A stretch of 64,000 nt of DNA from an uncultured virus (IMG/VR IMGVR_UViG_3300043313_000329) (lineage: Duplodnaviria > Heunggongvirae > Uroviricota > Caudoviricetes), in IMG/VR virus record IMGVR_UViG_3300043313_000329; one strand, written 5' to 3'. Each line of letters starts with the position of its first letter. The stretch's first letter is position 1. The notes beneath the pieces are model-generated. The model saw only the letters and a list, made by a program, of their open reading frames with translations, was not told the DNA's origin and made no database searches. The position numbers and the translations under genes are program-made. Below are positions 56,361 through 64,000 of this stretch, in pieces.

Positions 56361-56446
56361 GTGATTTGTCCTAGAGGTTGCAGGTTGCAGGTTGGCCGGG
56401 GAGGCCCCGGCCTGATTGGTCTAGCAGGTTGTCGCATACTCCTCAA
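56361..56446 (-). promoter_or_regulatory. Promoter-hairpin-RBS cassette copy 1
   Basis: TTGAGG-N17-TAGACC, GGCCGGGG-CCT-CCCCGGCC hairpin, AACCTGCA, CTAGGAC; repeated at 56833-56925. Confidence 0.6.
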
Positions 56447-56832
56447 CAGTTATTTTCAAGCGCGTCAAGGCGGGGCTGGATGGCGGTCATGATGGCGTTG
56501 CAGGCGGGGTTGTCAGAGTAGTCAGCGATCACCTCAGGGCCTGAGTTGCCGTAGACGAGGTAGAAGCTGCCCACGCTGAGGCCCTGACCGGGGTGCCGCA
56601 CGTGCACCGTGTCACCGTCAGTGCTGGCGAGGGCGCACATGATCGTGTTGTAGTTTGAGCATCTGAGCAGGCACCACTCACCGCCGTCATTGATTGAGAC
56701 GACTAGGCCCCGGCGCAGGCATTCACGGATCAGGTAGCCGCAGGCGCGGCCTTCAGCCCGCAGGCGCTTGGCGAGGTCATGGTGGCCGTCAGCGGCGGCT
56801 TTGGTGGCGTAGGTGGTGAAGGCGGTTTTCAT
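56443..56832 (-). CDS. Hypothetical early protein
   Basis: SINDGGEW..STD.D....GSFYLVYGNS..EVIADYSDN; first gene of the leftward unit. Confidence 0.65.
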   Translation of the reverse strand: MKTAFTTYATKAAADGHHDLAKRLRAEGRACGYLIRECLRRGLVVSINDGGEWCLLRCSNYNTIMCALASTDGDTVHVRHPGQGLSVGSFYLVYGNSGPEVIADYSDNPACNAIMTAIQPRLDALENNC

Positions 56833-56925
56833 GGTTTGGTCCTAGGGTTTGAGGTTGGTGCAGGTTTGTGGTTGGCCGGGAGGCCCGGCTGGTGGTCGTC
56901 TAGCATGGTCGTGTCAGGGCGTCAA
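56833..56925 (-). promoter_or_regulatory. Promoter-hairpin-RBS cassette copy 2
   Basis: TTGACG-N17-TAGACG, GCCGGG-CCT-CCCGGC hairpin, AACCTGCA, CTAGGAC. Confidence 0.65.
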
Positions 56926-56997
56926 GTCGCTTATCACAGAACGTATCTTTTCTACGCGCAGGCACGGGAAGGCATACCCATTCAAAAAATATGCCCC

Positions 56998-57085
56998 TTG
57001 ATAATGTGATAAGGTGATAGGCACGATCAAATTAAAAAACGCGCGCGCGCACTTAGCCACTTATCACCAACCTATCACTTATCAC
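56998..57085. promoter_or_regulatory. Element B copy 2 (inverted relative to 23353-23463)
   Basis: TTGATA/GTGATA at 56998, 57006, 57014; 11-nt alternating CG at 57040-57050; TATCAC at 57062, 57073, 57080. Confidence 0.65.
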
Positions 57086-57167
57086 TCCTACGCGCCTTAA
57101 TTAGCTGATTAGACTCCCCGGTTGAGCGGTATTTGACTTACGGCCAAGGTTGAGCAATACTCCGGTC

Positions 57168-57683
57168 ATGGCCAGACCACACCCGCAAGTGACCATTTAC
57201 CAGCCCCGGTGGGCTGAGGAAGACTATCGGCGCAGGCCACGGGATTTTGATCCTGATGTTGCTCTCGCTATAATTGATCGCATTGCCAATGGTGAGACGC
57301 TGAACGCGGTTTGCTCAAACAACCGAGATTATCCGCTGCCCGGCACGTTTCTGCTGTGGCTTGAACAGGAGCCTGACATCAACGCTCGCTACCGCAGGGC
57401 CAAGGCCATTCAGGCTGAGCTGCTGGTTGATGGCATTCTTGAGGATGGCAAGGCTGGCACATGGGATGCCGGGGTGCGCGTCAACGCTGGCAAGATTTAC
57501 GCTGAGAAGACCGACCCCGGACGCTATGGGCCAAAGGCCATGGTGTTCACCGCCCCGGCACCTGACCCTGAGGTGACCACACCGGCTGCGGCGGCTGAGA
57601 ACGTGCGCCGCAAGCTTAATCAGATGACCGAGCGCCTGAATGCCCGCCGTAGGGCTGCCCAAGAGCAAGAGGAAGCCAGCTGA
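57168..57683 (+). CDS. terS: Terminase small subunit (Sf6-like)
   Basis: I.DRIANGETL..VC....P...TF..WL......RY.RA....AE....P.RYG; upstream of terL. Confidence 0.8.
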   Translation: MARPHPQVTIYQPRWAEEDYRRRPRDFDPDVALAIIDRIANGETLNAVCSNNRDYPLPGTFLLWLEQEPDINARYRRAKAIQAELLVDGILEDGKAGTWDAGVRVNAGKIYAEKTDPGRYGPKAMVFTAPAPDPEVTTPAAAAENVRRKLNQMTERLNARRRAAQEQEEAS

Positions 57684-58165
57684 TGCCCGTCACCCTGCGC
57701 ACCGCTACCGACACCATTCAGCGCATGGAGCCCGCCTACTACGACAAGGGCAAGGCCATGCACGCCATCAGGCGAGTGGGCGCGGTCTACCGCATGAGTC
57801 GCTTCAACCATCAGAAGTATGGGCTGAAGGCCAAGACGGCTGACTACGCCACCAAGGCGCTGGCGCTGACGGCGGCGCAGAACGACTACAACAATCTACG
57901 ACCGGTCATCCCGGCTGCCACCACAACCAGCGCAGGCTTCACCCAGCCCGCCGTAGGGGCCACGGTGGCGGCGGTGACGGTGACCAGTGCCACCGGGCTG
58001 GCGGTGGGCCAGTACGTGACCATCGCCACTGGCGGCAAATACGAGATCACGGCAATCGCTGGCAACAGCCTGACGCTGAAGAACCTGTTGCCCGCGCCGG
58101 ATAACGCCGCGCCCGGCACGGTCATTGCCACGGCCAAGGCGTTCACCGTGGTGCCGGGGTGGTAG
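57683..58165 (+). CDS. Hypothetical protein with FTQPAV beta-domain
   Basis: C-terminal half paralogous to 60336-60659. Confidence 0.6.
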   Translation: MPVTLRTATDTIQRMEPAYYDKGKAMHAIRRVGAVYRMSRFNHQKYGLKAKTADYATKALALTAAQNDYNNLRPVIPAATTTSAGFTQPAVGATVAAVTVTSATGLAVGQYVTIATGGKYEITAIAGNSLTLKNLLPAPDNAAPGTVIATAKAFTVVPGW

Positions 58166-58425
58166 AACCCTTACGCATCGTTGAGACGCCGCCGCTTGAT
58201 GCTGATGGGCATGGGCCGCCTGAGCCTGACGTTACATACGCGATCAAGGTGGCCATCTACACACCCAAGGGCCGCCTGCTGGGCTGCCTTGAGAAGCCAT
58301 GGGACGGGCCGCACGCCATAGGCGAGCTATGCAACACGCTGGTCAGCATCAACAGCTGGCGCAATGACTTGGATCAGTGCCATATCGACGTGCGTTGGCG
58401 TAAGCTGCCTAGACCCGCAGCCTGA
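58159..58425 (+). CDS. Hypothetical protein
   Basis: Overlaps the previous stop. Confidence 0.4.
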   Translation: MVEPLRIVETPPLDADGHGPPEPDVTYAIKVAIYTPKGRLLGCLEKPWDGPHAIGELCNTLVSINSWRNDLDQCHIDVRWRKLPRPAA

Positions 58426-58714
58426 CGCCGCCGCTGCTGAGCCTGACGCTGTTGGCGCTGACCGGTGGCTTGGCCACCTCACCACGGATGTCACGGTAGC
58501 TGCACTTGGTGTCCAAGGCACGCTCCAGTGACAGGGCGAGTGACCACATGTCTTCAGGCCATTCCATTTCAGGTGACCATGGTGTCAGCGGCAGGTCCAC
58601 ATAAGCCCTGATCAAGGGCGTGGTGCCCAGCATCAGCACGTGGCTGGCACGCAGGGTGTGGCCCTCAGTTTCATCAGGCATGCGATAGATTGTCAGGCGC
58701 AAATCGGTTTTCAT
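58409..58714 (-). CDS. Hypothetical protein
   Basis: 101-aa ORF with AT-rich upstream region. Confidence 0.4.
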   Translation of the reverse strand: MKTDLRLTIYRMPDETEGHTLRASHVLMLGTTPLIRAYVDLPLTPWSPEMEWPEDMWSLALSLERALDTKCSYRDIRGEVAKPPVSANSVRLSSGGVRLRV

Positions 58715-58902
58715 GGCACCAAAGTATTATCGCTTACGTACGAAGTAAAGCAGGGGCATTTACATGGACACATTTGGAATGTAAGTTGCTTGCGAGGGTG
58801 CACTATCAAGCGTGCAGGGCTTGACGCATCCGGGGCCGCCTCGCTGCCAGCATTGTCCTAGGTGCCAGCGGCTGAGGCGGCCAACCCTCATGAGGGCCCA
58901 GA

Positions 58903-60336
58903 TTGAACGTCAACGTCGCCCTAGCCTCAAGGCTGATAGAGGAATTGCCTGCACATGAGAGGGAAATATTCCTTCTCAACCTGACCCCCGAAGAAATGGC
59001 CGTGCTGGAGTATGACTGGGGGTTCTGGGGCCGTCCGTCACAGCAGGAGCCGCCCGGTGACTGGAACGTCTGGCTGGCCATGGCGGGCCGTGGCTACGGC
59101 AAGACCCGCATGGGTGCGGAGTGGGTGCGCGCCATGATGTGCGGTGCAACCCCGTTGGCGCACGGGCGTTGCGGGCACATGGCACTCGTGGCAGAAACGG
59201 CAGCTGATGCCCGCGATGTCATGGTGCAATCAGCGGGTGGCATTCTGAGGTGCCACCCGCCTGAGTTCCGGCCCATCTACACGCCCAGCCTGCGTAAGCT
59301 GGTGTGGCCCAACGGGGCGGTGGCCCATACCTACAGCGCCGATGACCCTGAGCAGCTGCGCGGGCCTGAGCATGAGGCCGCATGGTCAGACGAGCTTGCC
59401 AAGTGGCGCTATGCCCAAGAAACGTGGGATATGCTGCAATTCGGCCTGCGCATAGGTGACCCCAAGCAGCTGGTGACCACCACGCCGCGCCCCATACCGG
59501 TCATCCGTGAGCTACTGGATGCGCCTGACACCTATGTGACGCGTGGCTCAACTTACGAGAACTATGAGAACCTGAGCCCGGCCTTCATAAGCAAGATGAA
59601 GACCCGCTATGAGGGCACAAGGCTGGGCAGGCAGGAACTGCACGCTGAGGTGCTTGATGACGTGCCCGGCGCGTTGTGGACCCGCGCTATGCTGGAAATG
59701 CGCAGCCCCACCAACCCCACGGCGGCGGGCATGGCCAGCTGGGAGACCCTGCCTGACATGCGCCGCGTGGTGGTAGGCGTTGACCCCAGCGGCACCAGCG
59801 GGGCCATAGACATGCGCCGAGTGGAGAAGCATGCGCGTGGCGGTGACCATGAGGATGAGGTGGGTGATGATGTGGGCATCGTCTGTGCCGGGCTGGGTGA
59901 TGACGGCATGATCTACGTACTGGAGGACGCCACCGTCAATTGGGGTCCGGCTGACTGGGCCAAGCGGGTGGTCACCAGCTACAACAACAACGACGCTGAC
60001 ATGATTGTTGGGGAAGCCAATTTCGGCGGCGCAATGGTTGAGCATACCATACGCACTGTTGACCGGCGAGTGCCTTACAGGCCAGTACATGCCAGCCGGG
60101 GCAAAGCGGTGCGGGCTGAGCCTATCGCGGCGCTCTATGAACAAGGCCGGGTGAGACACGTTTATGGACGCAACCTGAACAAGCTTGAGGACCAGATGAT
60201 CTTCATGACGCAGCGCGGCTATGAAGGGGCGGGTTCCCCGGACAGGCTGGATGCTGCGGTGTGGGCAATCACTGACCTGATGTTCGGCAAGTCTGCCAGA
60301 GGCGGTGTCATGGCACTGAAGGGAGGGCATCACTGA
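58903..60336 (+). CDS. terL: Terminase large subunit
   Basis: AGRGYGKT, QLRGPEH..WSDE, VTTTPRP, VVGVDP, EANFGG, RGKAVRAEP, SPDRLDA. Confidence 0.95.
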   Translation: MNVNVALASRLIEELPAHEREIFLLNLTPEEMAVLEYDWGFWGRPSQQEPPGDWNVWLAMAGRGYGKTRMGAEWVRAMMCGATPLAHGRCGHMALVAETAADARDVMVQSAGGILRCHPPEFRPIYTPSLRKLVWPNGAVAHTYSADDPEQLRGPEHEAAWSDELAKWRYAQETWDMLQFGLRIGDPKQLVTTTPRPIPVIRELLDAPDTYVTRGSTYENYENLSPAFISKMKTRYEGTRLGRQELHAEVLDDVPGALWTRAMLEMRSPTNPTAAGMASWETLPDMRRVVVGVDPSGTSGAIDMRRVEKHARGGDHEDEVGDDVGIVCAGLGDDGMIYVLEDATVNWGPADWAKRVVTSYNNNDADMIVGEANFGGAMVEHTIRTVDRRVPYRPVHASRGKAVRAEPIAALYEQGRVRHVYGRNLNKLEDQMIFMTQRGYEGAGSPDRLDAAVWAITDLMFGKSARGGVMALKGGHH

Positions 60337-60659
60337 TGCATCATCATCATGGATACCTGACCAAGCCAAGGCCGGATATGACGCATTATGCGCGGCGCAC
60401 CGAAAAGCGGCGCGCGGTGTTCAGCCCGGTAGCCAAGACCACGGCGCAGTTCACGCAGCCAGCGGTGGCTAACACGGTCATAGTACCGGTCAGCAGCACC
60501 AGCGGCTATGCGGTGGGCAGCTACGTCACGGTGGGCGCGGGCAAGTATCGTGTCAGCGGGGTGACCGGGCTCAACCTGACCCTGTACAATACCGGAGCCA
60601 GCGGCGTGCCCGCGCAGGGCACGGTCATAGCAACCGGCGCAACGGTGAGAGGCTGGTAA
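60336..60659 (+). CDS. Small FTQPAV beta-domain protein
   Basis: TGATG and TAATG coupling to terL and portal; paralogue of 57683-58165. Confidence 0.6.
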   Translation: MHHHHGYLTKPRPDMTHYARRTEKRRAVFSPVAKTTAQFTQPAVANTVIVPVSSTSGYAVGSYVTVGAGKYRVSGVTGLNLTLYNTGASGVPAQGTVIATGATVRGW

Positions 60660-62278
60660 TGGCCAAGTCAGCGACCAAGCTCAAGGTGGTAGAGCCCAAG
60701 GAGCGCATTCAGGGGGATGTCAAGGAAAAGCACCCCGACCTAGCCATTGTCTGGGAAGACTGGCAGGAGTGCCGTGACACCGTTGCCGGGGCTACCACGG
60801 TCAAGAGCAAGGGCACCATCTACCTGCCCATGCCCAGCGGCTTCAAGGGCAGCGTTGCCCCGGAGGAAATGTACAGCGCCTACAAGATGCGGGCGCAGTT
60901 CCCTGACATGGCGGCACCCACCATTCAGGGCATGCTGGGTATCATCCATCAGTCAGAGGCGCAGATTGAGGGCCTTGATGAAGGCACCCCCTTGGCGGAC
61001 ATGTGGGAAAGCGCCACGCCCGATGGGCTCACATTAGAGGCACTGCACCGCAAGATCACCGAGGAAATCTTGACGGTTGGCCGGGTGGCGCTGCTGGTTG
61101 ACCTGCCGCCTGAGGGCGGTGAACTGCCGTGGATAGCCTTCTACAAGGCTGAGAGCCTGATCAACTGGTCTGAGAGCCGCAACTTCTTTGTGCTGGAAGA
61201 AGACTACCGTGTTCGCACAGGTTATTCATGGAATGGCAAGAAACGCTACCGCGTTTTAGAGGTGGTTGACGAGACTTATCAGGTACAGGTGCTTGATGAG
61301 GATGGTGACCCGCTCACTGAGGATGATGACACCACTGACCAAGACGTGGCTGAGGGCGTGGCCACAGCTGTGGTGGTGCCGCAGGCGCGCGGCGGTGAAC
61401 CGCTGGGTGAAATACCCCTAGTGGTGGCGGGCAGCCGTGACCTGAGCCTGCCGCCCGACCAGATACCGCTGATAGGCGTGATCCGTTCTGCCAGCGCCAT
61501 CTACAGGCTGGATGCCGACTACCGGCACCAGCTGTTCATGTCAGGGCAGGAGACCCTGTTCTACATAGGGTTGGATAAGGATGACGTGCCTGACTACGTG
61601 GGCGCTGGCGTGGGCATAGCCATACCTGAGGGTGGTGACGCCAAGTATGTGGGCCCCAGCGGCGCGGGCATAGCCGCCCACAAGACGGCAATTGAGGATG
61701 AGCGCAGCAACGCCGCTGAGGCGGGCTCACGCATGTTCGCGGTGGGTGACAAGAAGGCGGCTGAGAGCGGTGAGGCGCTGCGCATACGGGCGCGCGCGGG
61801 CAGCGCCACCCTGATCAGCGTGGCACAGGTGTCAGCGGCGGCGCTTGAGAAGGCGCTGCGCTATTGCGCCCTGCTGGTGGGCGAAGACCCCAATGAAATC
61901 ATCGTCAAACCAGACCTGAGCTTCCTTGACAATGACATGACGGCCGAAGAGGCCAACAAACTGACAGAATTGTGGATGAACAAGGTCATCAGCTATGAAA
62001 CGCTCTACAACAATCTTCAGCGTGGCCGCATTGCATCGGAGGAGCGAACCGCTGAGGAGGAACAAGAGCTGGTGGCTGAGGAAGAAGCTGCGTCAATGCC
62101 CGAACAGGATGATGCTGCCGGGGGAACAGAAGTGCCGCTCGCTCTTGACCTCAGTGAGGGCACCGGCACTGATGAATATGGTCCGGTAAGTCAGGCTGAG
62201 CTTGATGAATTGTTCGCACCAGAAGAAATCACTCCCCCGGATAACCTGCCGCCGCCTGAGGATGAGGTACAGCCATGA
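60659..62278 (+). CDS. Portal protein (DUF4055-like)
   Basis: KHP..W...RD..G..VK..YLP, Y..Y..RA.FP, GRVALLVD, YRLDADYR, AESGEALR; follows terL. Confidence 0.85.
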   Translation: MAKSATKLKVVEPKERIQGDVKEKHPDLAIVWEDWQECRDTVAGATTVKSKGTIYLPMPSGFKGSVAPEEMYSAYKMRAQFPDMAAPTIQGMLGIIHQSEAQIEGLDEGTPLADMWESATPDGLTLEALHRKITEEILTVGRVALLVDLPPEGGELPWIAFYKAESLINWSESRNFFVLEEDYRVRTGYSWNGKKRYRVLEVVDETYQVQVLDEDGDPLTEDDDTTDQDVAEGVATAVVVPQARGGEPLGEIPLVVAGSRDLSLPPDQIPLIGVIRSASAIYRLDADYRHQLFMSGQETLFYIGLDKDDVPDYVGAGVGIAIPEGGDAKYVGPSGAGIAAHKTAIEDERSNAAEAGSRMFAVGDKKAAESGEALRIRARAGSATLISVAQVSAAALEKALRYCALLVGEDPNEIIVKPDLSFLDNDMTAEEANKLTELWMNKVISYETLYNNLQRGRIASEERTAEEEQELVAEEEAASMPEQDDAAGGTEVPLALDLSEGTGTDEYGPVSQAELDELFAPEEITPPDNLPPPEDEVQP

Positions 62279-62697
62279 GCATGCCGGGGGAATACCCGCT
62301 CAGCATCTACCACGGTGACAGCTACCATTGGCAGTTCAAGTTCTGGACTGATGAGGCCAAGACCGTGCCCATGGACCTGACTGATGTGGTGGCCAAGGCT
62401 GAGATCCGCAACAAAGCTGGTGGCGACCAGATATTCAACATAGACTGTGAAGTCGTGCTGCCCAACTTTGTTGAAGCCACGCTGAGCCCGCTTGTCAGCA
62501 CCAGCCTGCCCATCGGCAGTATGGTGTGGGATCTTCAGCTGACATGGCCAACCGGTGCGGTCAGCACGTTGCTGGCGGGCCCGGTCACCGTGGTGCAGGA
62601 CGTTACTGACAGCAGCACGCCTTTGCTGCGTGCCGCCAACCAGACCACCGCACCCATGACTGTTGAACTCCGCAACAGGGTACGCCGCACGCCATGA
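62275..62697 (+). CDS. Beta-sandwich fibre adaptor, copy 2
   Basis: Clear paralogue of 9891-10235 (PG..P..IY.GDS..WQFK.W.D..K..P.DLT.V..KAEIR..WDLQLT). Confidence 0.65.
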   Translation: MSMPGEYPLSIYHGDSYHWQFKFWTDEAKTVPMDLTDVVAKAEIRNKAGGDQIFNIDCEVVLPNFVEATLSPLVSTSLPIGSMVWDLQLTWPTGAVSTLLAGPVTVVQDVTDSSTPLLRAANQTTAPMTVELRNRVRRTP

Positions 62698-64000
62698 ACA
62701 AGGTCATCACAGATGTGGTGGTCATTGAAAGCGAAGCCACCACCGTTGATTTGACGGTAGAGCCCACGCCTATCGTGGTTGAGGCTGTTGCTGAACAGAC
62801 GATAGTGGTTGAAATTGGTGACGTGGGCGGGCCGCGCGGGCCTGAGGGCCAGTTGGGACCACAGGGCCCCATAGGGCCGCAGGGCCTGCCGGGCAGCGGC
62901 TTTGTGCTGCTGGGCCATGTGCCCACCTATGTGGACCTGCCGCTGCTGAGCCTTGACCCCATGGACGCATGGGTGACCGACGACTCCAACCACCTCTGGG
63001 TCTGGAACGGCAGCCAGTGGGTTGATTGCGGCGACCTGAGCGGGCCACAGGGCTTCACTGGCCCGGTAGGGCCGCAGGGCGCGCAGGGCGTTGAAGGGCC
63101 GCTGGGCCCGCCCGGTGAGACAGGGCAGATAGGTGCGCTTGGCCCGCAGGGACCGCAGGGCATTGAAGGCCCACAAGGGCCAGTGGGTCCACAGGGCATA
63201 CAGGGCTTTGTAGGCCAGACCGGGCCGCAGGGCGCAACCGGTCCGCAGGGGCCAAAGGGCGATACCGGCAACACCGGCTCTACCGGTGCGCAGGGGCCTG
63301 CGGGCATCGGCATGAACCTCAAGGGCACGGTGGCCAACTTTGCCGCCCTGCCCACCACCCACGCGGTCAATGATGCGTGGATCACGGCGGACACCGGCCA
63401 TTGCTGGGTCTGGACCGGTACGGTGTGGACTGACGTTGGCCCGCTACAGGGCCCTAAGGGCGATACCGGTGCTGCCGGTGCGCCCGGCGCTACCGGTGCC
63501 ACGGGCGCGCAGGGCATACAGGGCGTCAAGGGTGATACCGGTTCAACCGGTGCCACGGGCGCGCAGGGTGCCACCGGCACGCAGGGCCCCATAGGCGTGA
63601 CCGGCGCTACCGGCGCTAAGGGTGACAAGGGCGACATAGGCAATACCGGCGTGGCAGGCCCAACCGGCTCACAGGGTCCGGTAGGCCCAACGGGTCCGGC
63701 TGGTCCGACAGGCCCGCAGGGTCTGCAAGGTTCACAGGGCATTCAGGGCGTTCAGGGCCCCGTTGGTCCGGCAGGGCCGGTGGCTGAAGCGCCTGCGGAT
63801 AGCAAGGCGTATGCCCGACGCAACTCAACGTGGTATGACCTCACCGCTGATTTTGGGGCCAAGGCCCCGCTGGCCAATCCCGCTTTTACGGGCGTACCTA
63901 CCGGACCTACCGCAGCGCTAGGCACCAACACCACGCAGCTGGCCACTACGGCCTTTGTCACTACGGTGGATGTGCTGAAGGCTCCGCTGGCCAGCCCGGT
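62694..64000 (+). CDS. Collagen-repeat fibre protein, copy 2 (3'-truncated; absent from the ORF track)
   Basis: ATGA overlap; [12 protein letters not shown]..; long Gly-X-Y runs; two DAW.T.D..H.WVW.G..W domains; [34 protein letters not shown]. Confidence 0.8.
   Translation, partial: MNKVITDVVVIESEATTVDLTVEPTPIVVEAVAEQTIVVEIGDVGGPRGPEGQLGPQGPIGPQGLPGSGFVLLGHVPTYVDLPLLSLDPMDAWVTDDSNHLWVWNGSQWVDCGDLSGPQGFTGPVGPQGAQGVEGPLGPPGETGQIGALGPQGPQGIEGPQGPVGPQGIQGFVGQTGPQGATGPQGPKGDTGNTGSTGAQGPAGIGMNLKGTVANFAALPTTHAVNDAWITADTGHCWVWTGTVWTDVGPLQGPKGDTGAAGAPGATGATGAQGIQGVKGDTGSTGATGAQGATGTQGPIGVTGATGAKGDKGDIGNTGVAGPTGSQGPVGPTGPAGPTGPQGLQGSQGIQGVQGPVGPAGPVAEAPADSKAYARRNSTWYDLTADFGAKAPLANPAFTGVPTGPTAALGTNTTQLATTAFVTTVDVLKAPLASP

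Noticed and set aside
56394..56412. N4-type virion RNA polymerase hairpin promoter
   Set aside because: No phage RNA polymerase is visible, and the hairpins lie downstream of sigma70-like boxes.
62535..63961. Minus-strand Pro/Gly ORFs, and similar long antisense ORFs at 15181-16230, 18388-19287 and 32060-33076
   Set aside because: Shadow frames of GC-rich or repetitive genes on the opposite strand.

Overview
The window is about 64 kb of a GC-rich tailed dsDNA phage, probably an alphaproteobacterial siphovirus. No integrase is visible, and the capsid and most tail-tube genes lie outside the window. Gene order: end of tape measure, tail tip and fibre genes, lysis genes, then extra fibre/adhesin genes including a 1887-aa repeat/SPRY/beta-helix protein (1-19.9 kb, +). 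Two VPLPA-CTERM surface-protein genes, an HTH and a SNF2 helicase follow (19.9-23.3 kb, -). A replication and nucleotide-metabolism arm (23.6-50.1 kb, +) carries an SSB-like protein, AEP primase, two UvrD-type helicases, Pol A, exonuclease X-like protein and class II RNR. Leftward early genes occupy 50.3-56.8 kb, then terminase, portal and a second collagen-fibre module. Main finding: a thymine-hypermodification gene set (dUMP-specific thymidylate-synthase homologue, P-loop kinase, aGPT-Pplase1 and aGPT-Pplase2/AADT-like proteins). In it, a myo-inositol-phosphate synthase and a PTP-fold phosphatase with a phytase-like P-loop flank the transferase, which suggests an inositol-modified DNA base. 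Other notable items: paired non-coding elements at two divergent and two convergent junctions, a four-copy small domain family, a SPRY domain split between two genes, and apparent TCGA avoidance. All family assignments come from motif recognition by eye; no database search was run.
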